A stretch of 64,000 nt of DNA from Rubripirellula sp. (lineage in GTDB: Bacteria; Planctomycetota; Planctomycetia; Pirellulales; Pirellulaceae). The notes beneath the pieces are model-generated. The model was not told where the DNA came from, ran no database searches, and saw only the letters and a list, made by a program, of their open reading frames with translations. The DNA lies in contig OZ244207.1 of NCBI GenBank assembly GCA_965216875.1, positions 5,120,001 through 5,184,000 of the forward strand. Reading direction: 5' to 3'. A program made the position numbers and the translations under genes. Of this stretch, positions 29,550 through 39,761 are shown in pieces (position 1 is the stretch's first letter; each line of letters opens with the position of its first letter).

Positions 29550-29972
29550 ATGTCACATCCATGGATCGATCCAAACGCCTGCCAATCTTTAGCCGTATTG
29601 GTGGAATCTGTCATTTCTCCATTGTTGATCGAACACACCTCGGCCGTCTGTCTTGAAGTCGACATCGACACGGACTTGGGCGTTCCGGCGGATGCGGAAA
29701 AGACAGTCGACTTGATCCGTGCTTTGGTCAACCAATCGCTTGATGAGATGGTCGACGGCGGAGACTTGACCGTTACCGCTTGCGAAACTCCGACGGGCGT
29801 TGAATTGGAATTGGCGGACACGGGTTGCCCGATCGAAGCGCGCGCAACGCGATTGCCACTTGCGGCTGCAGCCATCGGCGCGACCGTGCAGTGGCAGAAC
29901 TGCCCACAGGGCGGTGCGGCGGCGACGATCTTTTTCCGACGCAGCAGTGGCAGCAACCGAATCGCTGCTTAG
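29550..29972 (+). CDS. Stand-alone degenerate HATPase_c-like protein
   Basis: ALVNQSLDEMVDGGDLTVT...ELELADTGCPI...NCPQGGAAATIFF; no phospho-acceptor His domain. Confidence 0.7.
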   Translation: MSHPWIDPNACQSLAVLVESVISPLLIEHTSAVCLEVDIDTDLGVPADAEKTVDLIRALVNQSLDEMVDGGDLTVTACETPTGVELELADTGCPIEARATRLPLAAAAIGATVQWQNCPQGGAAATIFFRRSSGSNRIAA

Positions 29973-30008
29973 TCACGACACCGTTTGTCTCCATGGGCGA
30001 GAAGACCG

Positions 30009-30413
30009 ATGCTGGGGATTTTTAACAAGACCACCATTCCGGCGCTCGAGCAATCATTGCTGTTTGCCGAAAAGCGTCACGAACTGTTGGCCGGCAACGT
30101 GGCCAATATGGACACGCCCGACTACCGCGCTGCGGACCTGTCGGTTGCCGACTTTCAAAACGCATTAGCCGAATCGATTCAAACGGCGCGCACCACGGCA
30201 CCGTCGGATGCCATTTCGCCAACGACGCGCGACGACATTTATTCGGGACCACGATCAGCGACGGAACAGGTCGTCTTTCACGACGGCAGCGACGTCTCGA
30301 TGGAACATCAAATCACCGAAATCGCAAAGAACCAACACTTGCACGGGCTTGCCGTAACAACGATGCGAAGCCAGTTCGCGCTACTGCAAGCGGCGATCAC
30401 CGAACGCGCGTAA
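30009..30413 (+). CDS. flgB: Flagellar basal-body rod protein FlgB
   Basis: RHELLAGNVANMDTPDYRAADL, DGSDVSME. Confidence 0.93.
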   Translation: MLGIFNKTTIPALEQSLLFAEKRHELLAGNVANMDTPDYRAADLSVADFQNALAESIQTARTTAPSDAISPTTRDDIYSGPRSATEQVVFHDGSDVSMEHQITEIAKNQHLHGLAVTTMRSQFALLQAAITERA

Positions 30414-30491
30414 TGCGGATCGGAATCGAGATTGCCAGGTTACAACTAAGAAAACCACCACGTCACTTTCCTTTTACAGAGAGACATTGCC

Positions 30492-30911
30492 ATGCTTCGA
30501 GCCATCGACATCAGCACGTCCGCTTTGGTCGCCCAACGTGTGCGGTTGAATGCCGTCTCGGGAAACATCGCAAACATCTCGACGTTGAAAGATGAAAACG
30601 GCGAGGCCAACCCTTACCAGGCTCGTGAAGTGGTGTTTGAATCCGACCCCTCGGTTTCGACCACTGGTGCATCGGGAGTCAAAGTCGCTGAAATCAATTC
30701 GAGCGATGCCGAACCACGTTATCGCTACGATCCCTCGCATCCGCTGGCGATTGAATCGGGCGAAAAGAAAGGCTACGTCGCTTATCCGAACATCGACTTG
30801 ACCACCGAAATGGTCAACGCACTCGAGTCGACTCGTGCCTACGAAGCCAACGTGGGGGTGATGGAGATCACCAAGAACTTAAGCCGAGAAACGCTGACGA
30901 TTCTGGCCTAA
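30492..30911 (+). CDS. flgC: Flagellar basal-body rod protein FlgC
   Basis: ALVAQRVRLNAVSGNIAN, YDPSHPLA, GYVAYPNID..EM, RAYEANV. Confidence 0.96.
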   Translation: MLRAIDISTSALVAQRVRLNAVSGNIANISTLKDENGEANPYQAREVVFESDPSVSTTGASGVKVAEINSSDAEPRYRYDPSHPLAIESGEKKGYVAYPNIDLTTEMVNALESTRAYEANVGVMEITKNLSRETLTILA

Positions 30912-31007
30912 CTGAAATGGGGCCCACACAAATCGGGTCTGACTCGATTGGCGCCCCAATCCATACGGAATCAAGCCGGCCGTCCAAATTGACCGCCTCC
31001 AACGACC

Positions 31008-31319
31008 ATGAAACCAATCGGGATCCAGCCGCCGCAACCGCCCCTTTCGCCTTTTGACGCCACCGCGCGTTCGAAGTCGGCCGGTGGTAAAGAAGGCATC
31101 GACCTGTTTTCCGATCTGTTGGTCAATCAGGTCGAAAACGTCAACACCATGCAGAACAACGCCGATGGCATGGTGCATTCGATGTTGACCGGTGGTGACG
31201 TTAACGAAGCCGAAGTGTTGACCGCAGTTCAAAAGGCTGACCTTGCCTTTCGCATGCTGCTGCAAGTTCGAAACAAACTGATTGAAGCCTACCGCGAGAT
31301 CCAGCAAATCCAAGTCTGA
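31008..31319 (+). CDS. fliE: Flagellar hook-basal body protein FliE
   Basis: VQKADLAFRMLLQVRNKLIEAYREIQQIQV. Confidence 0.96.
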   Translation: MKPIGIQPPQPPLSPFDATARSKSAGGKEGIDLFSDLLVNQVENVNTMQNNADGMVHSMLTGGDVNEAEVLTAVQKADLAFRMLLQVRNKLIEAYREIQQIQV

Positions 31320-31374
31320 CCCGCTCACTTGATGTTCGCCAACCGAAGGACGCGCCGCTGGCCGTAAGTCACCC

Positions 31375-33015
31375 ATGAACTTGTTTCGACAATCCACCGA
31401 TCAGGCTCGCGAAGCCTTTACCGCCATGCCAATGCAATCACGGATCATTTCCGTGATGCTGGCTGCGGCAATCGCTATTGGCCTGGCGTTCTTGGTTCGA
31501 GGCGAAAGTGGTGGCGGCAAGGAGTATTTGTTCGGTGGACGGTCGCTGAGTGAGCAGGAACAGATCGCCGTCGAACTTGCGTTTGGCAATGCGGGCCTAA
31601 ACGACTGGGTGCCCGAAGGACACCGCATCAAGATTCCGAGCGAATCCCGCGGCGAGTACCTTGCTGCCTTGGAAGCTTCCAGTGCGCTACCGATGTCGCT
31701 TCATACGAGTGTTCAAGAAGCATTTGATAAAGCGAGTGTCTTTGAACCCAATGAGCTTCGGCGCGAACGTCAAGACCACGCCAAAGAACTCGACCTGGGA
31801 ACAAAAATCGGCTTCTTTGCCGATGTCCGTTGGGCAACGGTCGAATACGACCAAGGGGATCGCTACGGTCTCGATCGATCACGTCCTCAATCGGCCAGCG
31901 TTGTCGTCAACCCAATCGGCACAACGCCGCTCAGCAGAGATCGTATCCGCCAGATCCAGGAGATGATCCGCAGTTCCTATGCGGGCATGAAAAGCGAAGA
32001 TGTCGTCGTCATCGACACCAACTCCAGCACGGCGCCGGGCGCCGCGGACGAGGACGACCCATTACTTGCAAAGCAGCGTGAAGCGGAAGCGCGCATCGAA
32101 CAAAAGATTCGTGCGTTGCTTGTCGGTTACCCCGCCCGTGTCGCGGTTTCCGCCGAGATTGATCCAACGATGGACATCTCCAAAACGACGCTCAAATACG
32201 ATGCCGAACCGACCAACCTGTCCACCAAATCACGCAAAACAGAAAACACCAGCAGCCGTCCTGCCAATCGTGGTGTTCCAGGGGCCGGTCCGAATGGGTT
32301 GGCGGTGAACCGAGCCGTAAGCATCGAAGACAATCTGGAAACCACCAAAACAAAGGCAGACGAACGGGAAAGCAGCGGTGTGGCTGGCCAGCAATACGAG
32401 CAATCACGAATGGCGTCGCTGCAAGTCAAACAGGTTCGCGTGTCGGTCGGATTGCCTGATAGCTACTTTCCCTCCGTTTTCTTGCGAGATTTCCTGGCCA
32501 AGAACCCCGGCAAAAGCGAATCGGATGCCCCAGCGCTTGACGACACCACCCTTGAACAACTTCGCGCAGACACCAGGGAGAGCATTCAATCCGCCATCAC
32601 GGTGTTGCTTCCCGAAGTCGCAGCGGGCGAAGACAAATTCCCGTTGGTGAACGTTTGGCATTACCCTGACTTGCCAGGACCGGCTGAAGACGAAACGGAT
32701 GCAGCAAAGGTTGCTTTGACCTGGCTGGCCGACTCGTGGCACTCGATTGCTCTGGTCATGCTCGGTCTATTCGCATTGATGGTTGCTCGCGGCGCAGCCA
32801 AAGGTGGTGGAGACAAACCGCCAGCGGAATTCTCGGAAGGGTTTGGACTCGAATTGCCCGCCCCGGCTATCGAGGGGGAAGAGGATATCGATGAGGATTC
32901 CGAGCAAATGACGATCACCGGTGGCTCGCTGAAAGAAGAGCTAACGACTCTTGTCGAGCGCAACCCCGAAGTCGCGGCCAACGTCATCCGTGGCTGGGTC
33001 GGCGACGCGGCCTAA
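31375..33015 (+). CDS. fliF: Flagellar M-ring protein FliF (divergent)
   Basis: Two TM segments, SASVVV, GVPGA..N, C-terminal NPEVAANVIRGW; located between fliE and fliG. Confidence 0.85.
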   Translation: MNLFRQSTDQAREAFTAMPMQSRIISVMLAAAIAIGLAFLVRGESGGGKEYLFGGRSLSEQEQIAVELAFGNAGLNDWVPEGHRIKIPSESRGEYLAALEASSALPMSLHTSVQEAFDKASVFEPNELRRERQDHAKELDLGTKIGFFADVRWATVEYDQGDRYGLDRSRPQSASVVVNPIGTTPLSRDRIRQIQEMIRSSYAGMKSEDVVVIDTNSSTAPGAADEDDPLLAKQREAEARIEQKIRALLVGYPARVAVSAEIDPTMDISKTTLKYDAEPTNLSTKSRKTENTSSRPANRGVPGAGPNGLAVNRAVSIEDNLETTKTKADERESSGVAGQQYEQSRMASLQVKQVRVSVGLPDSYFPSVFLRDFLAKNPGKSESDAPALDDTTLEQLRADTRESIQSAITVLLPEVAAGEDKFPLVNVWHYPDLPGPAEDETDAAKVALTWLADSWHSIALVMLGLFALMVARGAAKGGGDKPPAEFSEGFGLELPAPAIEGEEDIDEDSEQMTITGGSLKEELTTLVERNPEVAANVIRGWVGDAA

Positions 33016-33036
33016 ATCATGACGCGACGACCGCCC

Positions 33037-33148
33037 GTGAGCCGCTGGCCGTAAGGCCTCGGGCCTTGAGGCAATTGGACCGATGGGACCAAGCAGAAGG
33101 GTGTAGTGCCCGGCCGCTTACGCGATCACGGCTCAAGGTGTGAGCCGC
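33037..33148. repeat. REP-like doublet (family E, GTGAGCCG...CGGGC)
   Basis: GTGAGCCGCTGGCCGTAAGGCCTCGGGC ... GCCCGGCCGCTTACGCGATCACGGCTCA; copy at 57844. Confidence 0.7.
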
Positions 33149-33287
33149 TCGGTCCGAGCGTTGTTACTCCCTCTTTCCTTTGCTCAATGGTTTGCGTTAG
33201 CAGCCACTAATCTCTCTTCCAATTTCGCCCCCGGTTTCTCTAAAAGAGAACTTGAGTGAAATCGAATGGGTTAGGGAGATTTTTTCG

Positions 33288-34607
33288 ATGGCGCATGGTC
33301 AACAATCTGGTTCCCAACGCGATGCTGCGCTTCGGCGAGTGGCGATTGTGTTGAGTAGCCTGCCGCCGTCCGCAGCCTCCGTGCTACTGGGGTCCATGGA
33401 ACCCGAATCGAAACAACTGCTCCGCCGCACGATGGCGACGCTGTCCGATGTCGATCCACTCGAACGGCAACGCGCTTTGCAAGCCTTCAAGGGCTCGCTA
33501 ACCAACCCGGTTCAAGAGAGTCCGTCGGCGGGTGCAGACCGTAGCGGCGATGTGACCGATGAGATTTCGATCGGCGGCGAAGCGGGGGCGAAAGTCGTTT
33601 CCACGCGGATCAGCAGCGACCAGGTTTCCACTGCGACGGCCTCGCCCTTTGGCTTCCTAGGTGAGGTGGGTGATGACACGCTGGTGAAATTGATGGGAGG
33701 CGAACACCCTCAAACGATTGCGTTGGTCCTTGCATCGATCGCCGCAGATCAAGCGGCACGCATCCTGCCAAGGCTCGACGCGAAACTCCAAGCCGATGCG
33801 TTGTCTCGAATCGGTCGCTTGGGGGAAACGCCCAACGACGTTGTCACCGAAATCGCAAACCACTTGCGTCAACGCATTGAATCCGAACAACAATCGGCGA
33901 CCAGTGAAAGCGGATTCCGCGCTCTGCAAGCCATCCTCGCCGCGATGCCAAACGCAGCGGCACAGGCACCGGTCGCCCCCCAGACTCCATCGTCACCCTT
34001 TCAACAAAGTGCTGTCCAAGTTCCCGAAGCGATCGCAAATCGACTGGCCTCGCAGCCGACCCCCATCCCATCTGGCAACGGGCCATCTGGCAACGTATCC
34101 GACTCGGGTCACGTCGACGGACCGATCGGGTTTTCCAAGGACGATCTTTCAGCAGTCGACCAAACGCATCGACTGCGGCTGGTCGCGGAAACCGAGTTGG
34201 ACGAGTCGCCCGCATCGCCCGCCGGTAGTGACCCCGACGCCGGTCAAGAACCGCCGCAGACCCTTCCCTTTGCAGCGCCACAGCGTCCCAGTTTCGGATC
34301 AACCGATTCGATCAATGAGCACTTGGTGAACTTACCTAGCGACGTCCTGTGCGAAGCCCTTGGGCGCGTCTCAACTCGTGAAATGATGCTCGCTCTATGC
34401 GGCCTACCGAACGACGTTGGCGAAGCGGCACTGGCGATTCTTCCCCGCGCCCACGCGCGCAAGGTTCGCCGCGGTATCGCGTCACTGCAATCGTTGCAGC
34501 TGCGAGAAATCGACAAGGCCAAAGAAGCGGTCGCCCTTGCTTCGCTGGAAATCGACGAAGACGAAGGCGAACAGCCGCTTGAGTCTCCAGTCCGGATGGC
34601 TGCCTGA
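33288..34607 (+). CDS. fliG: Flagellar motor switch protein FliG-like (atypical)
   Basis: RVAIVLSSL, PFGFL...EHPQTIALVL, and a FliG_C-like region after a low-complexity linker. Confidence 0.8.
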   Translation: MAHGQQSGSQRDAALRRVAIVLSSLPPSAASVLLGSMEPESKQLLRRTMATLSDVDPLERQRALQAFKGSLTNPVQESPSAGADRSGDVTDEISIGGEAGAKVVSTRISSDQVSTATASPFGFLGEVGDDTLVKLMGGEHPQTIALVLASIAADQAARILPRLDAKLQADALSRIGRLGETPNDVVTEIANHLRQRIESEQQSATSESGFRALQAILAAMPNAAAQAPVAPQTPSSPFQQSAVQVPEAIANRLASQPTPIPSGNGPSGNVSDSGHVDGPIGFSKDDLSAVDQTHRLRLVAETELDESPASPAGSDPDAGQEPPQTLPFAAPQRPSFGSTDSINEHLVNLPSDVLCEALGRVSTREMMLALCGLPNDVGEAALAILPRAHARKVRRGIASLQSLQLREIDKAKEAVALASLEIDEDEGEQPLESPVRMAA

Positions 34608-34669
34608 TACGCCGCCCAATTGATCGCTGCCCAACGAAACCAGAGACATAGAGAAACTCGAGACACCTC

Positions 34670-35356
34670 ATGGCTGTCGTCCTCAAATCAGAATCTCCCG
34701 ACGAGAAAGAACCTGCGGCGCGCGATATTTCCGGGCTGGCCGGTTTCAACCTTAGCGATCTGGCCGACGAAGGTCGCGTCCGCATCGATCAATGCCGCCA
34801 GCAAGTCCAACAGATGCTGCAAGATGCTAAGCAGCAAGCCGACCAACTCTTTGAGAAGGCGAAAGCCGAAGGCTACCAAGAAGGATTGAAACAAGCCGCG
34901 GTCGACGCAGACAAGAAGCTTCACCAAGAAGCGGAAAAGCGTTCCAAAGATAGCCTCAAATTGATCAACGCCGCCGTCGGACAACTTCGAAACACGCATC
35001 AGCAATGGATGCAGCAGTACGCCGAAACGCTCTCTTCGATTGCGTTGGCTGCTTCAGAAAAAGTGATTCGCCAAAAACTGACCAACGAACCGCAGTTGCT
35101 TGTCACCTGGGCCGAAGACGCCGTTCGCAGCACGCGGAGCGCCACGCAATTGACGCTTGCCGTTCACCCCGAAACGCTCGCTCAACTCGGTCAAGCGCTC
35201 GATGAATTGTTGGCGGCACCCGATCTGCCCGAAAAGGCTCACGTTGAACCCGATGAATCGCTCCCGCCCGGTGAAGTGGTGGTGAGACAGAATGGTGGTG
35301 AAATCCAAGCTGGGCTGCAGGCGCAACTCGATCGCCTTCAGGAGATCCTGTCGTGA
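34670..35356 (+). CDS. fliH: Flagellar assembly protein FliH
   Basis: AKAEGYQEG, IALAASEKVI, LAVHPE, EPDESLPPGEVVV...GEIQAGL. Confidence 0.9.
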   Translation: MAVVLKSESPDEKEPAARDISGLAGFNLSDLADEGRVRIDQCRQQVQQMLQDAKQQADQLFEKAKAEGYQEGLKQAAVDADKKLHQEAEKRSKDSLKLINAAVGQLRNTHQQWMQQYAETLSSIALAASEKVIRQKLTNEPQLLVTWAEDAVRSTRSATQLTLAVHPETLAQLGQALDELLAAPDLPEKAHVEPDESLPPGEVVVRQNGGEIQAGLQAQLDRLQEILS

Positions 35357-36834
35357 GTCAGCTTCAACTCGACACACCGCCACTGCCCAACATTGACGCC
35401 ACGGTCGATCACATTCGTCGTAGCGTGACCTATCAAATCACTGGCAGCGTCGCATCGATCACTGGCGAGACGGTCGAGATCGCGGGAATGACCGCGCCGC
35501 TCGGTGCAATCTGCGAAGTCTATCCTCAAGGCGGCCAAACCTGCCTTGCGCGAGTGATCGGATTCGATGGCGTGCGTCCAATCCTTGCTCCACTGCAACG
35601 ACTACAGGGCGTTGCCGCAGGAGACCGGGTGCGACTGGTTGACGTTTCCGCAACGGTCAAAGTGGGCCCCGGACTCTGCGGACGCGTGATCGACGCGTTA
35701 GGCAATCCAATCGATGGCAAGCCACTTCCGGATGGCCTGTTCACCGCCGACACCGACCACCCCGCGCCCGAATCGCTGGACCGACCACCGATCGATCAAC
35801 CGCTGCAAACAGGTGTGCGAGCGATCGACACAATACTGACGTGTGGCAATGGCCAACGCGTCGGGATCTTCGCTGGTTCTGGCGTCGGCAAAAGCACACT
35901 GTTGGGAATGCTTGCTCGCGGCTCGAGTGCGGATAGGATCGTGATCGGTTTGGTTGGCGAACGGGGACGCGAAGTCCAGGAGTTCATTGATCGCTGTCTT
36001 GGCCCGGAGGGTTTGGCACGAAGTGTCGTTGTCGTCGCAACCAGCGATCGACCCGCCGCGCAACGCGTTGCAGCAGCTTGGACGGCAACTTCGGTCGCAG
36101 AAGCCTTCCGCGACCAGGGCGAAAACGTTTTGCTGCTGCTCGATTCCGTCACTCGCTTTGCGATGGCACAGCGTGAACTCGGACTTGCCGCTGGCGAACC
36201 ACCCACCACACGGGGCTATCCGCCAAGCGTCTTCAACATGCTGCCCCGATTGGTCGAACGCACCGGTCGAACGAGTAAGGGATCAATCACCGCGTTCTAC
36301 TCGGTCCTTGTCGAGGGTGACGACAACAACGAACCGATCGCTGACACGCTGCGTGGCTTGCTCGACGGACACGTCGTGCTCAACCGAAAGCTCGCTTCCG
36401 AAGCACACTGGCCTCCGATCGATGTCTTGGAAAGTCTCAGTCGATTGCAGCCCCATCTGGTGGCTCCCGAAGTCGCCGAAGCAGCCAACCTGGCGCGCGG
36501 CCATCTGAGCCAATACCGCCAAAACGCTGACTTGATTTCGATTGGCGCCTACCGGCAAGGCAGCGACCCCGCCATCGATGCCGCGATCGCCATGCGTGAA
36601 CCACTCAAGTTGCTGCTCACGCAAACATCGCACGAATGCACTCCCATCGATCAGGCCCAAGCCGCAATGGTCACGCTGATGCGGCAACCCATTCCAACGC
36701 AACAACCGCCCCCCGGACAACAGGCCCACGGACAACAGGCCCCCGGACAGACGCCAGGAGCTCATCCGAACAAAGTCGCAGAACAGGCGGCCGCCCAACA
36801 ACAAGCCGCCCAGCAACAAGCCGCTCAACCCTAA
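35353..36834 (+). CDS. fliI: Flagellum-specific ATP synthase FliI
   Basis: GIFAGSGVGKSTLLGM, GERGREV, DSVTRFAMAQRE, GEPPTTRGYPPS. Confidence 0.97.
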   Translation: MSQLQLDTPPLPNIDATVDHIRRSVTYQITGSVASITGETVEIAGMTAPLGAICEVYPQGGQTCLARVIGFDGVRPILAPLQRLQGVAAGDRVRLVDVSATVKVGPGLCGRVIDALGNPIDGKPLPDGLFTADTDHPAPESLDRPPIDQPLQTGVRAIDTILTCGNGQRVGIFAGSGVGKSTLLGMLARGSSADRIVIGLVGERGREVQEFIDRCLGPEGLARSVVVVATSDRPAAQRVAAAWTATSVAEAFRDQGENVLLLLDSVTRFAMAQRELGLAAGEPPTTRGYPPSVFNMLPRLVERTGRTSKGSITAFYSVLVEGDDNNEPIADTLRGLLDGHVVLNRKLASEAHWPPIDVLESLSRLQPHLVAPEVAEAANLARGHLSQYRQNADLISIGAYRQGSDPAIDAAIAMREPLKLLLTQTSHECTPIDQAQAAMVTLMRQPIPTQQPPPGQQAHGQQAPGQTPGAHPNKVAEQAAAQQQAAQQQAAQP

Positions 36835-36862
36835 GCAACCAACTCACAAACCGACAAACAGC

Positions 36863-36930
36863 CCGTTTGTAGTACCGAGCTTTAGCCGGAATCTTCAAGC
36901 TCTTCCGCCTAAAGGCGGGACGACAAACGG
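36863..36930. repeat. REP doublet (family C)
   Basis: GTTTGTAGTACCGAGCTTTAGCCGG...CCGCCTAAAGGCGGGACGACAAAC; close copy at 45812. Confidence 0.8.
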
Positions 36931-36969
36931 ACTCGTAGCCTCGTCCACTACGACAACCTACTGCACTTC

Positions 36970-37422
36970 ATGTCATTCAAGTTTCGATTCGAAGCGATCC
37001 TCCAACTTCGCCGCCGCGAGCGCGACGAAGCGGGGGCCGATGTGGGCCAAGCGATAGCGGCAATCGCAAAGGTCGACGCACAGATCGCTGAAATCGAACA
37101 AACGCGTCAGTCCCTTCGGCAAGCCGACCAAGCCGAGCGGGTTGGCAACGTTTCGGTGGACAGCCTGCTGTCTTCGGGACGCTACGACATGCAGCTGCAA
37201 GCCGACATCGGCTCACTCCAGGAAACACGACAAAAGCTGACCGCCGAGCTTCAACGTCGCCAAGACCTTCTGGTCTTGGCGGAGGCGGAAATGAAAAAGT
37301 ACGAAAAGCTTGAAGAGAAGCAACGGCAAGAACACGACGAGAACTTGCGCAAACAGGAACAAGCCGAAGCTGACGAAGCGACTTCACGACAATATGCCAT
37401 CGCACTGCGGAAAATGTCATGA
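36970..37422 (+). CDS. fliJ: Flagellar export protein FliJ
   Basis: MSFKFRFEAILQLR...YEKLEEKQ...EQAEADE. Confidence 0.92.
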   Translation: MSFKFRFEAILQLRRRERDEAGADVGQAIAAIAKVDAQIAEIEQTRQSLRQADQAERVGNVSVDSLLSSGRYDMQLQADIGSLQETRQKLTAELQRRQDLLVLAEAEMKKYEKLEEKQRQEHDENLRKQEQAEADEATSRQYAIALRKMS

Positions 37423-38075
37423 TCTCAAAACTGCTCAACGCATTTGCAGCTTTCTGCACCGCCACGGTGATTACCCAAATCATCATGCTTGGCTATTTCC
37501 TTAGCCAAGGCACCCTCAATGGTGACACCACGACCAAAGTCATCGCGTTGCTTAACGGCATCGACATCACGGGCAACCGGCTTCAACAGGTGCTGCGTCA
37601 AAGCGAAGACCGCGAGCAACCCGACTTTGACGAGATTCTTTCGGCAAGAAAAATGGACAGTCTCGATATGGACATGCGGTTGCGCAGTCAAAACGAGATG
37701 CGCGACGAGATCTCAAAAATGCTAGCAGACTTGACTGTTAACGTAGAGCGTTTTGATGAACGGCGCAAAGCGTTTGATCGTCGTTTGGCTGAACTGGCGC
37801 AAGGTGCGCAAGAAGAGGGATTAAAGGATTTGCAACGCATCCTTCAGTCACTTGATGCGGCTCAGGCAAAACAGCAACTTCTGAGAATGTATGACGATGA
37901 AAGAATTGATGATGTCGTGAATATTGTTGAAGCCATGTCCACAGAAAAACGAAAAGACATATTAGCCGAGTTCGTCACAAAAGATGAAGAAGACAAACTT
38001 GGCGAAATCCTTCGCCGCATTGGTGAAGGATCACCAATGACGAACGTGATCAATCAGGCACGCAGCGAACTGTAA
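37419..38075 (+). CDS. MotE/YlxF/FlbB-like flagellar protein
   Basis: N-terminal TM, coiled coil and an MgtE_N-like C-terminus; ATGA overlap with fliJ. Confidence 0.65.
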   Translation: MISKLLNAFAAFCTATVITQIIMLGYFLSQGTLNGDTTTKVIALLNGIDITGNRLQQVLRQSEDREQPDFDEILSARKMDSLDMDMRLRSQNEMRDEISKMLADLTVNVERFDERRKAFDRRLAELAQGAQEEGLKDLQRILQSLDAAQAKQQLLRMYDDERIDDVVNIVEAMSTEKRKDILAEFVTKDEEDKLGEILRRIGEGSPMTNVINQARSEL

Positions 38076-38128
38076 GTTGTTGGCTCGAACCCTCGAGCAA
38101 TAGCAAGCAATCGCGCGGGGGGAGCCAC

Positions 38129-39685
38129 ATGAATGATCTGAAGACGACGGGTGCGCAGTCACAAAACCAAGCACCCATCTCGCCGCTTGCGCAAGGGAAG
38201 TTGCGATCGCTATCGGCCGCTGGATCCGTTGCAGCCGAACAAGAGGGGATGCTCGACGCATTCTCCGAAGTCTTTGCAGCGATGGCAGCAGCAACCGACT
38301 CGCAAGAGTTGAATGTTGACCAAGGCGCCGAAGTCGAAGTCTCGTCAAACAATGACGAGAATGCATCCGAAGAGGTCGAGGCGAACTCCGAGACCGATGA
38401 CTCGGACGACGTGAAACTCACCTCTGATGACCAGCATCACAAAGAAGAAGCGGTCGAGGCAACGGCGGTCGAAACGACGGACACGGCCGAGTCAATCTCT
38501 GACGACGACCAATCGGAACACGACCACGAAGACGTTTACGTGCCGGTCGCCGAAGAGGCTGACCAGGGCGAACAGGTCGCAGTGAAAGGGGATGAAGGCG
38601 CCACGGTCGGCGATGGCACCGAGCTTGTCGATGAAACACCGCTCTTCACCATCGACGACGGCGACAAAGGAAAAAACCGCCGCGGCAACGAGCAACAAGC
38701 TCAACAAGCCGAAGGCCCCGAGATCGTCCAGCGCACCGACAACACTCAGTCCTCGGGCGACGACGCTGGCAAGAACCAAACCGAAGCCGATCTCGCCGCG
38801 GTGACCGCTCAAACGTCCGATGACGGATCGGAGCAAGACGGTGACGGGCGGCGGCGGAAAAAATCACGTGGCCGTGATGGTGTTGCGGGTGCCAATGCAC
38901 TCAAGGACGCCCAAGCAAAGCCTACCGCGCAGCAGTCCCAGGATTTCGCGGTTTCCCAGACGGAAGCCGAGCCCACGACGCCTGCGCCGCAAGAAAACGC
39001 GACTCCTCAAGCGAGTCCCGCGGCTCGCCGTGCTGCAGTTGCTGCGGTCACCGGCGCACCGTCGGCCAACAACGCGGCGAACACAAATAGCCAATCGGGC
39101 GCCAACCGCGCCGCCAGTTCGGTCGAACCGATCGCGGAAGCGGGAAACACCAAGGCTGACAACAAGCCTGCCGCCACCGGAAAGAAAGGCAAGTCCGCAA
39201 CGAGTAATCCGAGCGATGCCGTGAACCGAGCAAAGTTGGTCCAACGGGTCAGCAAAGCGTTTCAACACCTCGGACCGGATGGGGGTGTGGTTCGTTTGCG
39301 ATTGGCACCCGCGGAACTGGGATCGGTTCGTGTCGAAATGCGGATCAATGGCCGCAACATGAACGCTCGCGTTGTTGCCGAAACGGAAGCGGCAAGTTCA
39401 ATGCTTCGCGAACACCTTGGTGATCTCCGCCAACGGCTCGAATCCTACGGGATGCAAATTGAAAGCATCCAAGTGGAAACCGATTCCGGCGAATCCAACC
39501 TGGACGGGCGATTCCAAAACCAACACGAGGCAACCGACTCGTGGAATCAGCAACGCAATCGCCAACCTCGCCAGCAAGTAAACCTTCGTGACCAAACGTC
39601 GGTTTCACAAGACGTTTCACCCGCACCGCGCGTCTCGTCGTCGGTTGGATGGGTGAGTTCCGCAGGTGTCGACCTTCACGCCTGA
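38129..39685 (+). CDS. fliK: Flagellar hook-length control protein FliK
   Basis: Long disordered acidic N-terminus; VRLRLAPAELGSVRVEM...LREHLGDLRQRLESYG. Confidence 0.92.
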   Translation: MNDLKTTGAQSQNQAPISPLAQGKLRSLSAAGSVAAEQEGMLDAFSEVFAAMAAATDSQELNVDQGAEVEVSSNNDENASEEVEANSETDDSDDVKLTSDDQHHKEEAVEATAVETTDTAESISDDDQSEHDHEDVYVPVAEEADQGEQVAVKGDEGATVGDGTELVDETPLFTIDDGDKGKNRRGNEQQAQQAEGPEIVQRTDNTQSSGDDAGKNQTEADLAAVTAQTSDDGSEQDGDGRRRKKSRGRDGVAGANALKDAQAKPTAQQSQDFAVSQTEAEPTTPAPQENATPQASPAARRAAVAAVTGAPSANNAANTNSQSGANRAASSVEPIAEAGNTKADNKPAATGKKGKSATSNPSDAVNRAKLVQRVSKAFQHLGPDGGVVRLRLAPAELGSVRVEMRINGRNMNARVVAETEAASSMLREHLGDLRQRLESYGMQIESIQVETDSGESNLDGRFQNQHEATDSWNQQRNRQPRQQVNLRDQTSVSQDVSPAPRVSSSVGWVSSAGVDLHA

Positions 39686-39761
39686 TTGACCTCGCGTTGC
39701 GAAGCGTTGCAAAGCTACAAACGGTCGAGGATTGATTCCGTTTTCACGCGAGACAAGAACC

